64,000 nucleotides of DNA from an uncultured Candidatus Binatia bacterium (GTDB lineage Bacteria > Desulfobacterota > Binatia > Bin18), in NCBI GenBank assembly GCA_965247985.1, contig OZ252051.1, positions 3,708,240 through 3,772,239 on the forward strand, written 5' to 3'. The notes beneath the pieces are model-generated. The model worked only from the letters and a program-made list of their open reading frames with translations, was not told where the DNA came from and made no database searches. Positions within the stretch are counted from its first letter, which is position 1. Every line of letters starts with the position of its first letter. Shown here piece after piece: positions 19,640 through 29,584 of this stretch. The translations under genes and the position numbers were made by a program.

Positions 19640-20473
19640 TCAACGCAACTGCAAGAAATGCTCACCTCTGTACAAATCGCCGGCTTTCAGCGAGCCGACA
19701 TCAAAGGCGCGTAGATCCATGAAGTAATCAGGTTTGGCGTCCGGGAAGGGCCGATAGCGGAGATCGTCACCGAAGAAACGCAGCACTACGGTATGGCGGG
19801 TCGGGCAGGCGGTATCGACCGGCGCTCCGCCGTGCAACGCCCCCGAATGAAGCACGACGGCATCACCGGGTTCCAAATCCCAAGAGCGCGCGTCCCACGA
19901 ATTTGGATCCTTGGCCCGCTCGGCTTCGATGTCCGGCAAGCGTGGAAAATGCTCGGCACCCCACAGGGGCCTAGTCGGGTCCTTGGAGTCCATAAACGCC
20001 GCACCATCGTACATGGGGCCGAGATGGGAGCCCTTGATTACTTCCAGGGCGTTCCGAGCCGGCAACGCCTCGAAACTGATCCAGATATTCGCCAGATGAG
20101 ACCCTTCGGCCGGGAAATAGGGCGTGTCTTGGTGCCACAGGGTACGACCCGCTTTTCCGCCGTCTTTAACAAAAATCTCCTCACCAAAATACCAGACATG
20201 CTCCGACCCCCAGAGATCTGCGAGGAACTCCGCGAAAGCCAGTTTCTCCAGCATCGGTCGGTAGACTTCGAGTGATTTGGCGGTGCCGAGATCGTTGTAG
20301 TGCGAATCGCTCGTGCCTTCGTAGATCTCGAGAGCCGTCGGACCTGGGTTCGCGAGGTTGAAGTCCAAACAACGCCGACACTCGCCGAGCTCAGCCGCGC
20401 TCAAAAGCCCCTCAGCCTTGATCACGCCATCGCTTGAGAAAGCTTGTCGCATTGCTTCGGTTACACGGATCAT
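19640..20473 (-). CDS. Phytanoyl-CoA dioxygenase (PhyH) family Fe(II)/2OG oxygenase
   Basis: MIRVTEAMRQAFSSDGVIKAEGLL...WHQDTPYFP... matches the PhyH family. Confidence 0.7.
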   Translation of the reverse strand: MIRVTEAMRQAFSSDGVIKAEGLLSAAELGECRRCLDFNLANPGPTALEIYEGTSDSHYNDLGTAKSLEVYRPMLEKLAFAEFLADLWGSEHVWYFGEEIFVKDGGKAGRTLWHQDTPYFPAEGSHLANIWISFEALPARNALEVIKGSHLGPMYDGAAFMDSKDPTRPLWGAEHFPRLPDIEAERAKDPNSWDARSWDLEPGDAVVLHSGALHGGAPVDTACPTRHTVVLRFFGDDLRYRPFPDAKPDYFMDLRAFDVGSLKAGDLYRGEHFLQLR

Positions 20474-20716
20474 TTTTCGCCTCCTTCGGTGGCGCTCCCA
20501 TTCACACCAGCTAGTAGTCTGAAGCAGCTCATGTCCCCATGGTCTGCGGAGAATGGTACTGCTAAATCCTCTTCCCTTCAAGGTTTCTTTCTCTCCACTG
20601 CCCTCATGTATTCCAGTCGTTCAAGAACGCCCTCTGGTTTCCTGACGTCTCACGTTTGCCTTGCGCATACAGACAAAGAAGTACTCTTACGCTGTTGACC
20701 TTCCCCCAGTAAACGC

Positions 20717-21373
20717 TCAATCTTTAGCCGGCGGTGAGTCCAGAGCGAAGGTCACCACAGGTAAAACGGCGATAATCAATAGCACAATAAACGAGGGGTT
20801 GGACCACTCCACACCCATGGGCCGATAGACCTGGCCGGTTATCGCCGTATTGCCAAAATAGAGCAACAGAATGAGCCAGCCGCAACGGCTCCAGAGCCGC
20901 ATGTTGACCACTGGGTGGGCGGGCGGCGGTGCCGGAGTTGTCATGCCCAATAGCGCCTTCCATCGCTGAATATCCCAGAGGATTAACGCCAGTAGCCCCA
21001 AACTCATCAAGGTGACGACGATAGCGGTGGGCACCGCCCCTGTGCTCCAGCAAAACACAAAAATTGCCACAAGAATAGGAGCGGCAAGCGCCGCCCCCAA
21101 AGTCGCGTGGCGCTGCGTTATAAGCAACACGGCGACCGTGAGCTGCAGTGCCCCTACAAATTGATAGAACCGACCGGTAGCATGAAAGGCATGCAGGAAC
21201 TCGTGAAAAACCCCCGTGTTCACTGGATCGGTAAACGGCTGTCCCAGCAGCTTCTTGAGCCCTGCGGGAATGAAGGCAAAACCGATCATCATGCGCAATA
21301 CAATGGTACTGATGTAGATCCCCCGGCATTCATGCGCTCGAGCGATTCGCTCTTCAAGCCATGTTAATGTCAT
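20717..21373 (-). CDS. Membrane protein, DoxX-like
   Basis: There are multiple TM helices and a RMMIGFAFIPAGLKKL motif. Confidence 0.4.
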   Translation of the reverse strand: MTLTWLEERIARAHECRGIYISTIVLRMMIGFAFIPAGLKKLLGQPFTDPVNTGVFHEFLHAFHATGRFYQFVGALQLTVAVLLITQRHATLGAALAAPILVAIFVFCWSTGAVPTAIVVTLMSLGLLALILWDIQRWKALLGMTTPAPPPAHPVVNMRLWSRCGWLILLLYFGNTAITGQVYRPMGVEWSNPSFIVLLIIAVLPVVTFALDSPPAKD

Positions 21374-21558
21374 GCTCCGACCTCAACAATGATACAGTCT
21401 ATGACGATCTTCTAAACTGCTTGGGCGCGGGCGACCAGCCCCCCTGCCTCGCTGTGGAGTCTTGACTTGCGAATACAGACAAATCGGTATCTACTATGGG
21501 CCGGAAGAGCGGAGCGCGTCAGTCGTTCCATGTCAGAGAGCGTCAGGGAGGTGCCCCA

Positions 21559-22815
21559 ATGAGCCTTTCACCTATGGAAAACTCTCGCGTCGATTTCAAC
21601 TGGCCGACAGCCGGTATGACCTCAGTCCCGTATCAAGTCTTTTGTGATCCTGCGGTGTATAGCCTCGAACAGGAACGCATCTTCAGAGGTCCAACCTGGA
21701 GTTATGTCGGGCTCGAAGCTGAGGTTGCCAGCCCTGGCGACTTTAAGGCCACGTTTATTGGCGACACGCCGATTGTGGTGTCGCGTGACAAAGAAGGCGT
21801 TCTGCACGCCTTTATCAATCGCTGCGCGCATCGGGGAGCCATGGTCTGCCGCGAGTCTCGTGGGAATAAGGCGAGCCATACCTGTATTTACCATCAGTGG
21901 AGTTATAACCAGAAAGGCGACCTGATTGGGGTGCCGTTCCGTAAGGGGATTAATCAACAGGGCGGCTACCCAGCCGACTTTGATCCTGCGCAACATTCAC
22001 TCCAGAAACTCCAGGTCGATACGTACAAAGGTCTGATCTTCGCGTCGTTCTCTTCTGAGGTTGAGCCCCTCTTCGACTATCTTGGCCCGGCCATGCGTCC
22101 GTGGCTCGACCGGGTTTTCAATCGGCCCGTGCAAGTCTTGGGCTATACCCGACAATTCACCCATGCCAACTGGAAACTCTATTCGGAGAATGTGAAAGAT
22201 CCCTATCATGCCAGTCTGCTCCATCTCTTCCTCACCACTTTTGGCCTGTACCGTTCCTCCCAAGGCGGTGGCATCACCATGGATGAGACTGGCCGACACA
22301 GCGTAGTGCGCGCCTACAGGAAGACGGAGCAAGAAGAGACTGCTGCGTATCGAGGCAAGAATATGCATAGCTATCAAAAAGACTATGCCCTGGCCGATCC
22401 TTCTATCCTCACCTCGCGGCAAGAATTTGATGTCGACTTAAATGTCCAAATCCAGACGATCTTCCCGAGCTTGGTTGTCCAGCAGATTCAAAACACCCTT
22501 GCCACTCGACAGATTTTGCCCAAGGGACCGGATCGGTTTGAGCTCGTGTTTACCTTCTTTGGCTTTGAAAATGATGACGAGGAGATGCGCCGCATCCGTA
22601 TCAAACAGGCCAATTTAGCCGGGCCAGCCGGCTATGTCTCAATGGAAGACGGCTATGCAACAGAGCTGGTACAGCAAGCGATTGTCAGAGAACAGGACGA
22701 ATGCTCAATGCTCGAATTGGGTGGTGCTGGTACAGAGGACCAGGAAAACCTCATAACTGAGACGGCTCTGCGTGGCTATTGGAATTACTACCGCGATGTG
22801 ATGGGTTTTTCATAA
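21559..22815 (+). CDS. Rieske non-heme iron oxygenase alpha subunit
   Basis: CAHRGAMVC...CIYHQW is the Rieske CxH...CxxH motif, and a catalytic domain follows. The start is chosen at MSLSPMENSR. Confidence 0.8.
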   Translation: MSLSPMENSRVDFNWPTAGMTSVPYQVFCDPAVYSLEQERIFRGPTWSYVGLEAEVASPGDFKATFIGDTPIVVSRDKEGVLHAFINRCAHRGAMVCRESRGNKASHTCIYHQWSYNQKGDLIGVPFRKGINQQGGYPADFDPAQHSLQKLQVDTYKGLIFASFSSEVEPLFDYLGPAMRPWLDRVFNRPVQVLGYTRQFTHANWKLYSENVKDPYHASLLHLFLTTFGLYRSSQGGGITMDETGRHSVVRAYRKTEQEETAAYRGKNMHSYQKDYALADPSILTSRQEFDVDLNVQIQTIFPSLVVQQIQNTLATRQILPKGPDRFELVFTFFGFENDDEEMRRIRIKQANLAGPAGYVSMEDGYATELVQQAIVREQDECSMLELGGAGTEDQENLITETALRGYWNYYRDVMGFS

Positions 22816-22960
22816 AATGTCGCCCACGGAAGACAGCCGCACGGTTTGATTGATCTAGCGACTGGTCTATAAGCTCCACGCCTGAATTAGAACAAACTTT
22901 CTTCAGCTTAGGACACCCAGCGCCTCATTAGACCAGTACCCCCCCTTGATGAGGTTCAAG

Positions 22961-23584
22961 ATGGCAAAAAAGAAAGTTCCATTGATACGCCAGAGCTGGC
23001 TTGGCTGGCTCAACATGGCGGAAGGAACTCTTGCCGGCGCCTCTCAAATGATATGGCAAAGCCCGGATGAGATAAACGAACAAAGAGACCTGTTCGGGAA
23101 AGTCACTGGTCAACAGCCGCTGAACGAACATGACTGGCGGAATGCGATAACTTTGTCCGCCTCCGTCTCCCTCGCCCTTTCGGCGGAGCACAGCATGAAA
23201 GCGCTCGCTATAAGAGCAAGTCCGAACGGTGAGTGCCGGAAAACGCACGACCTCGAATGCCTCTGGGAAGACCTCCAACCGGTGGATAAACAGGGGGTCG
23301 CCGAGTCCGCTCAACAGTTCGAGAATATCCCGAAAGACACGAAACTCGGCCAAGGATCTCACCCAACCAGCGTTGAAGAACTAGCGGAAATTGCCCGTCA
23401 CCACAAAGATACATTCGAGCACTCCCGATATTACCTAGAGACCCAAAAAGAAGAAACATCGCAAGACCTGACAAAGAACGTGGAACTCTGGAAGTTTGCG
23501 CTCGCCCTGCTCATATACGCGAAGCGACTGCTGTATACCGACTTGGGCGAAGGGGTCCTAGTAAAAAAATTGGGGCCTGGCTAG
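22961..23584 (+). CDS. Hypothetical protein (possible HEPN-like), low-GC gene
   Basis: GC is about 52% against about 60% in the flanks. No confident family was found. There are weak helical motifs AEHSMKALAIRA and RHHKDTFEH. Confidence 0.35.
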   Translation: MAKKKVPLIRQSWLGWLNMAEGTLAGASQMIWQSPDEINEQRDLFGKVTGQQPLNEHDWRNAITLSASVSLALSAEHSMKALAIRASPNGECRKTHDLECLWEDLQPVDKQGVAESAQQFENIPKDTKLGQGSHPTSVEELAEIARHHKDTFEHSRYYLETQKEETSQDLTKNVELWKFALALLIYAKRLLYTDLGEGVLVKKLGPG

Positions 23585-23661
23585 AGCAGGACCAACCTGT
23601 TAACTGATTCGGAATCATATTCAGCGAGGTTCGTGTGACGACGCAATAACCTGACAGAACC

Positions 23662-24438
23662 TTAAAAGTCCATAGGCAGTCGTAAATGATCGCGATAGAT
23701 CCGGTCGCGGTGCTCCAATAATTGGGGAGACAGCGCCTCAGCCACCACGGGGTCGGTGTTCACAAACGAGGCCCGGAAGGCCACATCCATCGGACACAGA
23801 TCGAGCGGCAGGGGCTCGACGAGTACGGCAAAGGTGGACCAATAAATGTCCAAGGCGGACAGTGTGTCCCCGATCAGATACTGGCGGCCTTGAGCCTGCT
23901 GCTCGGCTAACCGGCCACTCAAGGTCCGCAGGATATGGGCGACACGCCGGGGGGCGGCTTCGGCAGTGGCCGGGCTATGGCCGTACTTGCCGCCCAGGTA
24001 GGACGCCGCCGCTTTGCCTTGCTCGCCCACTTCAGGGTTGGACAAGATGCCATGGACGATCATGATACGGCGGGACCAGCCAAAGCCAGCCTCACCACAC
24101 AACTCATTACACAGCCCGAACATGAGAATGCGATCGGTCTCATCGTCCGGCACGAGCGATGACTGCGGGGCAAGCCGCTCAACCAAATAGAGTTGTTCAT
24201 TCCAGGTGGTGCGCGGCCGTTCCTCATTCCAGACGGCTACGGGCGCGCTGCTCTGACGGGTCCAGTCTTGCAGGGCAGCATCGTGCCCAGGCGCTTTGCC
24301 GACCAGCACGTATGGCAGGTTCTTGATGTAACACATACCCTTGAGCCCCTCGGCCCACGGGTTGGGGCGGCCCGGAGGGGCAACAATCCGTAATCCGTCC
24401 AGGGTTTGAGCTTGCTCGATGTCGATGTAGTCTGCCAT
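23662..24438 (-). CDS. Glutathione S-transferase family protein
   Basis: It has an N-terminal thioredoxin-like domain and a C-terminal helical GST domain. Confidence 0.55.
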   Translation of the reverse strand: MADYIDIEQAQTLDGLRIVAPPGRPNPWAEGLKGMCYIKNLPYVLVGKAPGHDAALQDWTRQSSAPVAVWNEERPRTTWNEQLYLVERLAPQSSLVPDDETDRILMFGLCNELCGEAGFGWSRRIMIVHGILSNPEVGEQGKAAASYLGGKYGHSPATAEAAPRRVAHILRTLSGRLAEQQAQGRQYLIGDTLSALDIYWSTFAVLVEPLPLDLCPMDVAFRASFVNTDPVVAEALSPQLLEHRDRIYRDHLRLPMDF

Positions 24439-24624
24439 GCGGTCTTCCTCCTCGGTGTTCACGCCGTCAGCCGAACCCCCTCAGGCGGGCTGTCATAACC
24501 TGGCAACGGGCCTCGCAGTAGGGTGAGACAGACCGCCGGCCTGCCTCACTGTACGCCAGGAGGGCCACAGCAGAGGAACAAACGACGAAATCTGTTCCAT
24601 AACGCTGCGCCTCCTACACCAAAC

Positions 24625-25716
24625 CTACAGCGAATCTGCAAATCCTTTGATGTCGCGAACGGTGGCAGCGTATACGTCCGGGATTGCTTTGGGGAAAAGA
24701 ACGTCGGCGGCGTGGCAGGTGCCGTTGACGGTCCGACTGTATACTGGCACCCCGGCTGCCATGAGCATCTGATAATATGTGAGCCCCTCGTCCCGCAGGG
24801 GGTCTAATTCGTTGACCGAGATGACGTGCGGGGGCAACCCCTGCAGGTCTTCGCCGGTGGCCCAGTATGGCCAGCACAGCGGATTTTTCGCGTTCTTGCC
24901 TTCAGGGTCATAGACGCCTGCCAGCACCTCCATCTGGTGGCAGTTGATCAAGTAGTTGTCGTTCTCGTACAGAGAGCGCAGCTCCTGGCCCGGCTGTGCC
25001 CACCCTCCATAAATATACGGGCACAAGGCATAGACGCCAGCTATTTGTTCGAGACGTCCGTCCTGCTTGGCCTGCAAACACGTGGCCAGAGCGAGATTCC
25101 CTCCGCCAGACTCACCGGACACAATGATCTTCGAGACCCCCAGGCTGGCCTTGTGGTCAAACGTCCATTGCAGTCCGCTCGTGCAGTCGTTGAGACCGGC
25201 CGGAAACGGATGGTTGCCAAGCTTGCCCGCGCCATTACGGAATTCCACCCCAACGGCGATCAGGCCGCGGGCCGCGAGTTCGTCGCGCCAGCGTCGATAC
25301 GATGGATCATCGGCTGTCAGGATAACCATGCCGCCGCCGTGCATATGATACACACAGGGCAGCGGGCCAGACACGTTCTGGGGCGTATGAATGTACAGAT
25401 TGATGTCGTTACCGTCCACGCCTTTGATGACCTCGGTCCGCCGCTCAACATTCGGAATCGCTGGCAGGTCAGCGCACAGGGCGGCAAACACTGTTGCCAT
25501 GCCAGCCTCGCTTGCCGCACAGAAGTCGAGCTGCTCCGGCAAGGGCGAGTCCGCGTTGACCGGCACCGGCGGCAGGGCCACGTCGAGCTTAAAGGGCGCA
25601 CAGGCGGCAACCAAGCGGGGATCGGTGCGCGGATCGGTCTTCAAGACTTGGTCAGGATTGCCGAGACGACCCGGTAAGAGAGGCTGATCGTTCTGGTGTG
25701 ATATAGCTGTTGTCAT
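24625..25716 (-). CDS. Alpha/beta hydrolase fold-3 esterase/lipase (HSL family)
   Basis: HMHGGGM forms the oxyanion hole, and GESGGG is the nucleophile motif. Confidence 0.75.
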   Translation of the reverse strand: MTTAISHQNDQPLLPGRLGNPDQVLKTDPRTDPRLVAACAPFKLDVALPPVPVNADSPLPEQLDFCAASEAGMATVFAALCADLPAIPNVERRTEVIKGVDGNDINLYIHTPQNVSGPLPCVYHMHGGGMVILTADDPSYRRWRDELAARGLIAVGVEFRNGAGKLGNHPFPAGLNDCTSGLQWTFDHKASLGVSKIIVSGESGGGNLALATCLQAKQDGRLEQIAGVYALCPYIYGGWAQPGQELRSLYENDNYLINCHQMEVLAGVYDPEGKNAKNPLCWPYWATGEDLQGLPPHVISVNELDPLRDEGLTYYQMLMAAGVPVYSRTVNGTCHAADVLFPKAIPDVYAATVRDIKGFADSL

Positions 25717-25806
25717 TGTATTACTCCTTTCTGATTGCTCTGACTAAAGACCTGCATGACTACGTCATCATCGTCTCGTATGTGCGACGGTCAGCTCCCC
25801 TCATAG

Positions 25807-25836
25807 TATTGTCAAGTTATTGGCCTCTTGTGAAGA
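25807..25836. mobile_element. Solo IS6-like IR plus leader (left-end orientation)
   Basis: GTATTGTCAAGTTATTGGCCTCTTGTGAAG matches the 7518-7550 copy and the 3233-3264 copy. Confidence 0.45.
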
Positions 25837-26110
25837 GTCATCGTGGCCGGCCCGTCGTGTTGGATCTGCACGCTTTCTTCTAACTTGTCTTCCTCGAATT
25901 CGATAGAGGCCATAGCAAGTCCCCCTTTCCTCGCACCCTACATACCAAACCATCATGGTAGGGAAAAGAAGTGGGGCGGAGACCTGGTGTCGGCAGACTC
26001 GTCAGCACTCTCGGTCTGGGCTTGCGCACGAAACCTTGGCTGTGAGAAACTCGCAGACGGCTGGCGCTCCATGAGGAACCCAGCCCGTTAATTCAGAGGG
26101 AGGAGCAGGG

Positions 26111-26554
26111 ATGGAACGCATGACTCCTGAAGAATGCCGGAGTTTCTTACTCAGTCCGGTGCGGACCGGCAAGCTCGCCACCGTGCGGAAAGATGGCCGG
26201 CCCCTGGTCGTGCCAGTGTGGTATGATCTTGAGGGAGAGACCCTTGTCTTTATGACTGGGCGTGACTCGATCAAGGCACGAAATATACGTCACGATCCCC
26301 GGGTCAGTATGTGTGTCGATGATGAGGTGACACCGTTCGCGTATGTCGAACTCGCAGGCACAGCCGTCATGTCCGATGATGCAGACCAAGTGCGCTATTG
26401 GGCGACACGGATTGGGGGGCGCTATATGGGGCAGGCGTTAGCCGAGACCTATGGGCAAATCAACAGCGGGTCAGGAGAGTTGATCGTACACGTCACGCCA
26501 ACGCACCTGCATGGGTATAAAGATATGACCGGTCGGTATCCACAGCCGACGTAG
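26111..26554 (+). CDS. PPOX-class probable F420-dependent enzyme (pyridoxamine 5'-phosphate oxidase fold)
   Basis: The 147-aa split-barrel family product has N-terminus MERMTPEECRSFLLSPVRTGKLATV... Confidence 0.6.
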   Translation: MERMTPEECRSFLLSPVRTGKLATVRKDGRPLVVPVWYDLEGETLVFMTGRDSIKARNIRHDPRVSMCVDDEVTPFAYVELAGTAVMSDDADQVRYWATRIGGRYMGQALAETYGQINSGSGELIVHVTPTHLHGYKDMTGRYPQPT

Positions 26555-26620
26555 CCGCAAGGAACCGCGCGGTCGGCATGGAAGGTTCCAGTACAACAAT
26601 TTTTTTAGACTGCACCTTGC

Positions 26621-27319
26621 TCAGGCGTCGTACAGTTGGGCATTGCGCCGTGCCGCCGCTTTCAGTTCGTCGTCGCTGTAGTCGAATCGGGGCTTACCAG
26701 CCGGGACGCACAGCCCGCGCTGTACGGCCTCGCGTGCTTCGATACGCGCGAGCCAGGCGGTCAAGTGGGTGAGGTCCGAGACGTCTACGTTAGCCCAACG
26801 ATACGCGCGCGCCCAAGGAAATGTAGCAATATCGACCATCGAATACTCGCCGCAGAGATACGTATTGTCGCGGAGCGCCTCATTCAAGACGCCCAGCAGA
26901 CGTTTCGATTCTTCGACGTAACGTTCGATCGCATATTCGTCGACAATACCCTTTGGTGCCGCGATGCGCTGAAAAAACATCGCCTGCCCGAGCATCGGGC
27001 CGACCGCGCTCATCTGGAACATGAGCCACTGCATGGCCTGGTGACGAAGCTTGGGATCTGTCGGCCAGAGCTTGCCGCTCCGCTCTGCCAGGTAGAGCAA
27101 AATCGCTCCCGATTCTGCGAGTACGAATTCCTCATGGTCATGGTCGACTATGACTGGGATGCGTCCATTCGGATTCAGTGTGAGAAACTCCGCCGTCTTC
27201 TGCTCATTTTTGTCGAAATGGAGATACACCGTGTCGTAATCAATGCCAAGCTCTTCAAGGGCGATGGAGACTTTCCAGCCGTTCGCAGTCGGGGCGGTAT
27301 ACAAGGTGATTTCGCTCAT
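26621..27319 (-). CDS. Glutathione S-transferase
   Basis: MSEITLYTAPTANGWKVSIALEELGIDYD... is a GST N-terminal domain, followed by a C-terminal domain. Confidence 0.7.
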   Translation of the reverse strand: MSEITLYTAPTANGWKVSIALEELGIDYDTVYLHFDKNEQKTAEFLTLNPNGRIPVIVDHDHEEFVLAESGAILLYLAERSGKLWPTDPKLRHQAMQWLMFQMSAVGPMLGQAMFFQRIAAPKGIVDEYAIERYVEESKRLLGVLNEALRDNTYLCGEYSMVDIATFPWARAYRWANVDVSDLTHLTAWLARIEAREAVQRGLCVPAGKPRFDYSDDELKAAARRNAQLYDA

Positions 27320-27427
27320 AGGTCTGGTCCTCAAGATTTCTCGAGAGTCGCGGAGCCAGCGGATTTACTTGCTCCGGTGAGCATGGTTCCAAAAAATGAC
27401 GAGAGAAACAACCGGATGGATCGTCAT

Positions 27428-27560
27428 CGTATTGTCACGTTATCGCGCTCTTGTGAAGCGTCGTTGTGGTGTGCAGCAACCATGAGATGTCCTTACGGAT
27501 CACAGGCACATATAAGAGTCCTCGATTCTCGCAGGAAATTATTAGCCGCGGCGTGTGGCT
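27428..27560 (+). pseudogene. IS6 remnant: IR (GTATTGTCACGT...) plus first ~25 codons of transposase
   Basis: The leader resembles the 7490-7552 region. ...SPRFSQEIISRGVWLYRPE matches the transposase N-terminus ...HRFPPDIISHAVWLYHRF. Confidence 0.45.
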
Positions 27561-27772
27561 CTACCGTCCAGAGCCCTATCAACAATCTCTTTCGAATCGC
27601 CTTCATGATTGCCATTCGTTCATGACGGCTCTACAGTTCGGATTAGCAGAGTTTCAGTAAAGGGGAGAGATATGCAGATTGGATATTTTCCGGTTGGCAT
27701 TGGACTGGACCTCCGCGATAGGGGATGCACGTCCATGTTTGAACGAAGACCATTTACCGCAAAGGAGATGCT

Positions 27773-28180
27773 ATGCAGGCACGCACGCCCGAAGAAATCG
27801 ATCATCTGTTTGTGAAAGCCATGAATGAGGGTGATGTTGAGGCTATGCTAGCCCTCTATGAGCCGGACCAAGTCTTTGTCTCCCAGCCGGGACAACCCGT
27901 GGTGCGTGGAGCCGGCGAGTCTTTGCGCGAGAAGCTACGCGCTTTTACGAAGCTGAGGCCCCAACTCAAGATTGAGATGAAGCATGTGGTGGAGGCTGGC
28001 GACATCGCGTTGTACTGCTGTCAGTGGACCATGCAGGTCACAGGACCTGATGGTCAAGAGCAGACTCTGTCCGGCCGGGATGCGAATGTGGCCCGCCGTC
28101 AGCCCGATGGGACGTGGCGCATCCTCATCGATAATCCTTTTCACGAGGAGTATATGCTCAAGGAGAGCACTGCCTCATAA
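27773..28180 (+). CDS. SnoaL-like / NTF2-fold protein (DUF4440-like)
   Basis: The 135-aa product ...VKAMNEGDVEAMLALYEPD... is family-typical. Confidence 0.6.
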   Translation: MQARTPEEIDHLFVKAMNEGDVEAMLALYEPDQVFVSQPGQPVVRGAGESLREKLRAFTKLRPQLKIEMKHVVEAGDIALYCCQWTMQVTGPDGQEQTLSGRDANVARRQPDGTWRILIDNPFHEEYMLKESTAS

Positions 28181-28212
28181 GTATCAGAGGACCGGCAGTC
28201 CCTCGTGACGTA

Positions 28213-28857
28213 TTGTCAACTTATCGGGGAGCGGCTCAGCTGGCATTGAATCGGAAGCATGCTGCAGAGCTCGGATTTCGTGAGGTAGTTGAGGATTGGC
28301 TACAGCTTGATGTGTGTGACATGTCAGTGCTTGCTGCCCAATCATTCGATGCTGTCGTGTGCTATGGGGGTCCACTGAGCTACGTCTTTGAGCAGCGGGA
28401 GCACGCCCTGCAGGAATGCCTACGGGTGCTCCAGCCTGACGGAGTGTTCGTGACCAGTGTGATGTCCCTCTGGGGGACCATTCACGAGTTTTTGGGTGAG
28501 GGGCTGAACTTACCGGCGGAGAACAATCGTCTTATTCTTCGGACTGGAGATTTGACAGTGGCCCATGCTCCAAGGAGCACGCACCACTGTCATCTGTTTC
28601 GAGCCGAGGAGTTCCGTCAACTCTTCCAGCGTCATAGCCTTGAAGTAGTTGCGATGTCGGCATCAAATGCCCTCTCTACGCAGTGGGGGGAAGCTTTGGA
28701 GCGGAGCAGGAAGGTACGCGAGACCTGGGAGTTGATCTTGGAAATGGAGCTGGAAGCCTGTGCACAGCCAGGGTATCTTGATGGGGGTACTCATCTCATT
28801 GCTGTGGCCCGAAAGAAAGCCAATCTCAAAGCGAACGGCTCTAGCCCCACCAATTAA
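28213..28857 (+). pseudogene. Class I SAM-dependent methyltransferase, N-terminally truncated
   Basis: Motif I is missing. The frame begins inside the IR remnant GTATTGTCAAC at 28210. The downstream motifs SFDAVVCYGGPL...RVLQPDGVFV are present. Confidence 0.45.
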
Positions 28858-29102
28858 CATCATGCTACCAGCGGCGGCTCCAAGAGACGAAAAATGGAAA
28901 CAATGGAACGGAATACATGGACACCCAGCATGTCGCCGAGACGTTCATCGACTGAAGTGAATGAAGGCCTTACCGCCCGAGCGGCTTTTGCACCTGCGAC
29001 GGTTCGGAATAGGTTTTAGAATTCACCACCCATGACTCTCACTTGACGTGCGGGAATTTCCGTGCTCGGGTAAGAAAATCATTTAATTTGGGAGGTCATG
29101 CA

Positions 29103-29438
29103 ATGGCAGATGTAGGGTCTGAAAAGGTCTTCGAGAACGACAAGGTAATCGTTTGGAACTTCGAGCTCGCCCCAGGCGAGGAAACGCCCGTGCACACGCA
29201 CGAGCACAGCTATATGTGGTACGCGATATCAGGTGCGCCCTTACAGGTTATCGACGAGAACGAGAACGACTTGGGCACAATGGACGTGCCGACGGGCGCA
29301 ATCTTTTCGCTGAAAGTGGGCAATGGCGAAATCGAGGTTTTATCCGGGCCAGGAAAGGGGATGTGCGTCCCGGCACGTCATAAGGCACGCAACGCCGGTA
29401 CAACGCCGTATCGGGAGGTCCTGGTCGAGTTTAAATAA
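29103..29438 (+). CDS. Cupin domain protein
   Basis: The small beta-barrel has a ...PVHTHEHSYMWY... metal motif. Confidence 0.6.
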   Translation: MADVGSEKVFENDKVIVWNFELAPGEETPVHTHEHSYMWYAISGAPLQVIDENENDLGTMDVPTGAIFSLKVGNGEIEVLSGPGKGMCVPARHKARNAGTTPYREVLVEFK

Positions 29439-29584
29439 ATCCCAGTCGCTGCTCCGTCCGTTAAGGTAGAGAAACTCCCGTACCGATCGTCCTGCTTCGA
29501 CAGGCTCAGCACGAACGGGTTTGGACTGTCTCGCCGTGACTTTCCCTGTTCGCCCTGAGCGCATGGAAACCACGTAAAGAGCAC

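Noticed and set aside
21496-21558. Upstream extension of the Rieske alpha ORF (MGRKSGARQSFHVRERQGGAP)
   Set aside because: It is Arg-rich with low complexity. The conserved N-terminus begins at MSLSPMENSR.
27672-27692. ATGCAGATTGGATATTTTCC, encoding MQIGYF and identical to the first six residues of the LLM at 16376
   Set aside because: It is only ~20 bp, which is too short to distinguish a deletion remnant from chance. It is noted only as a weak hint.
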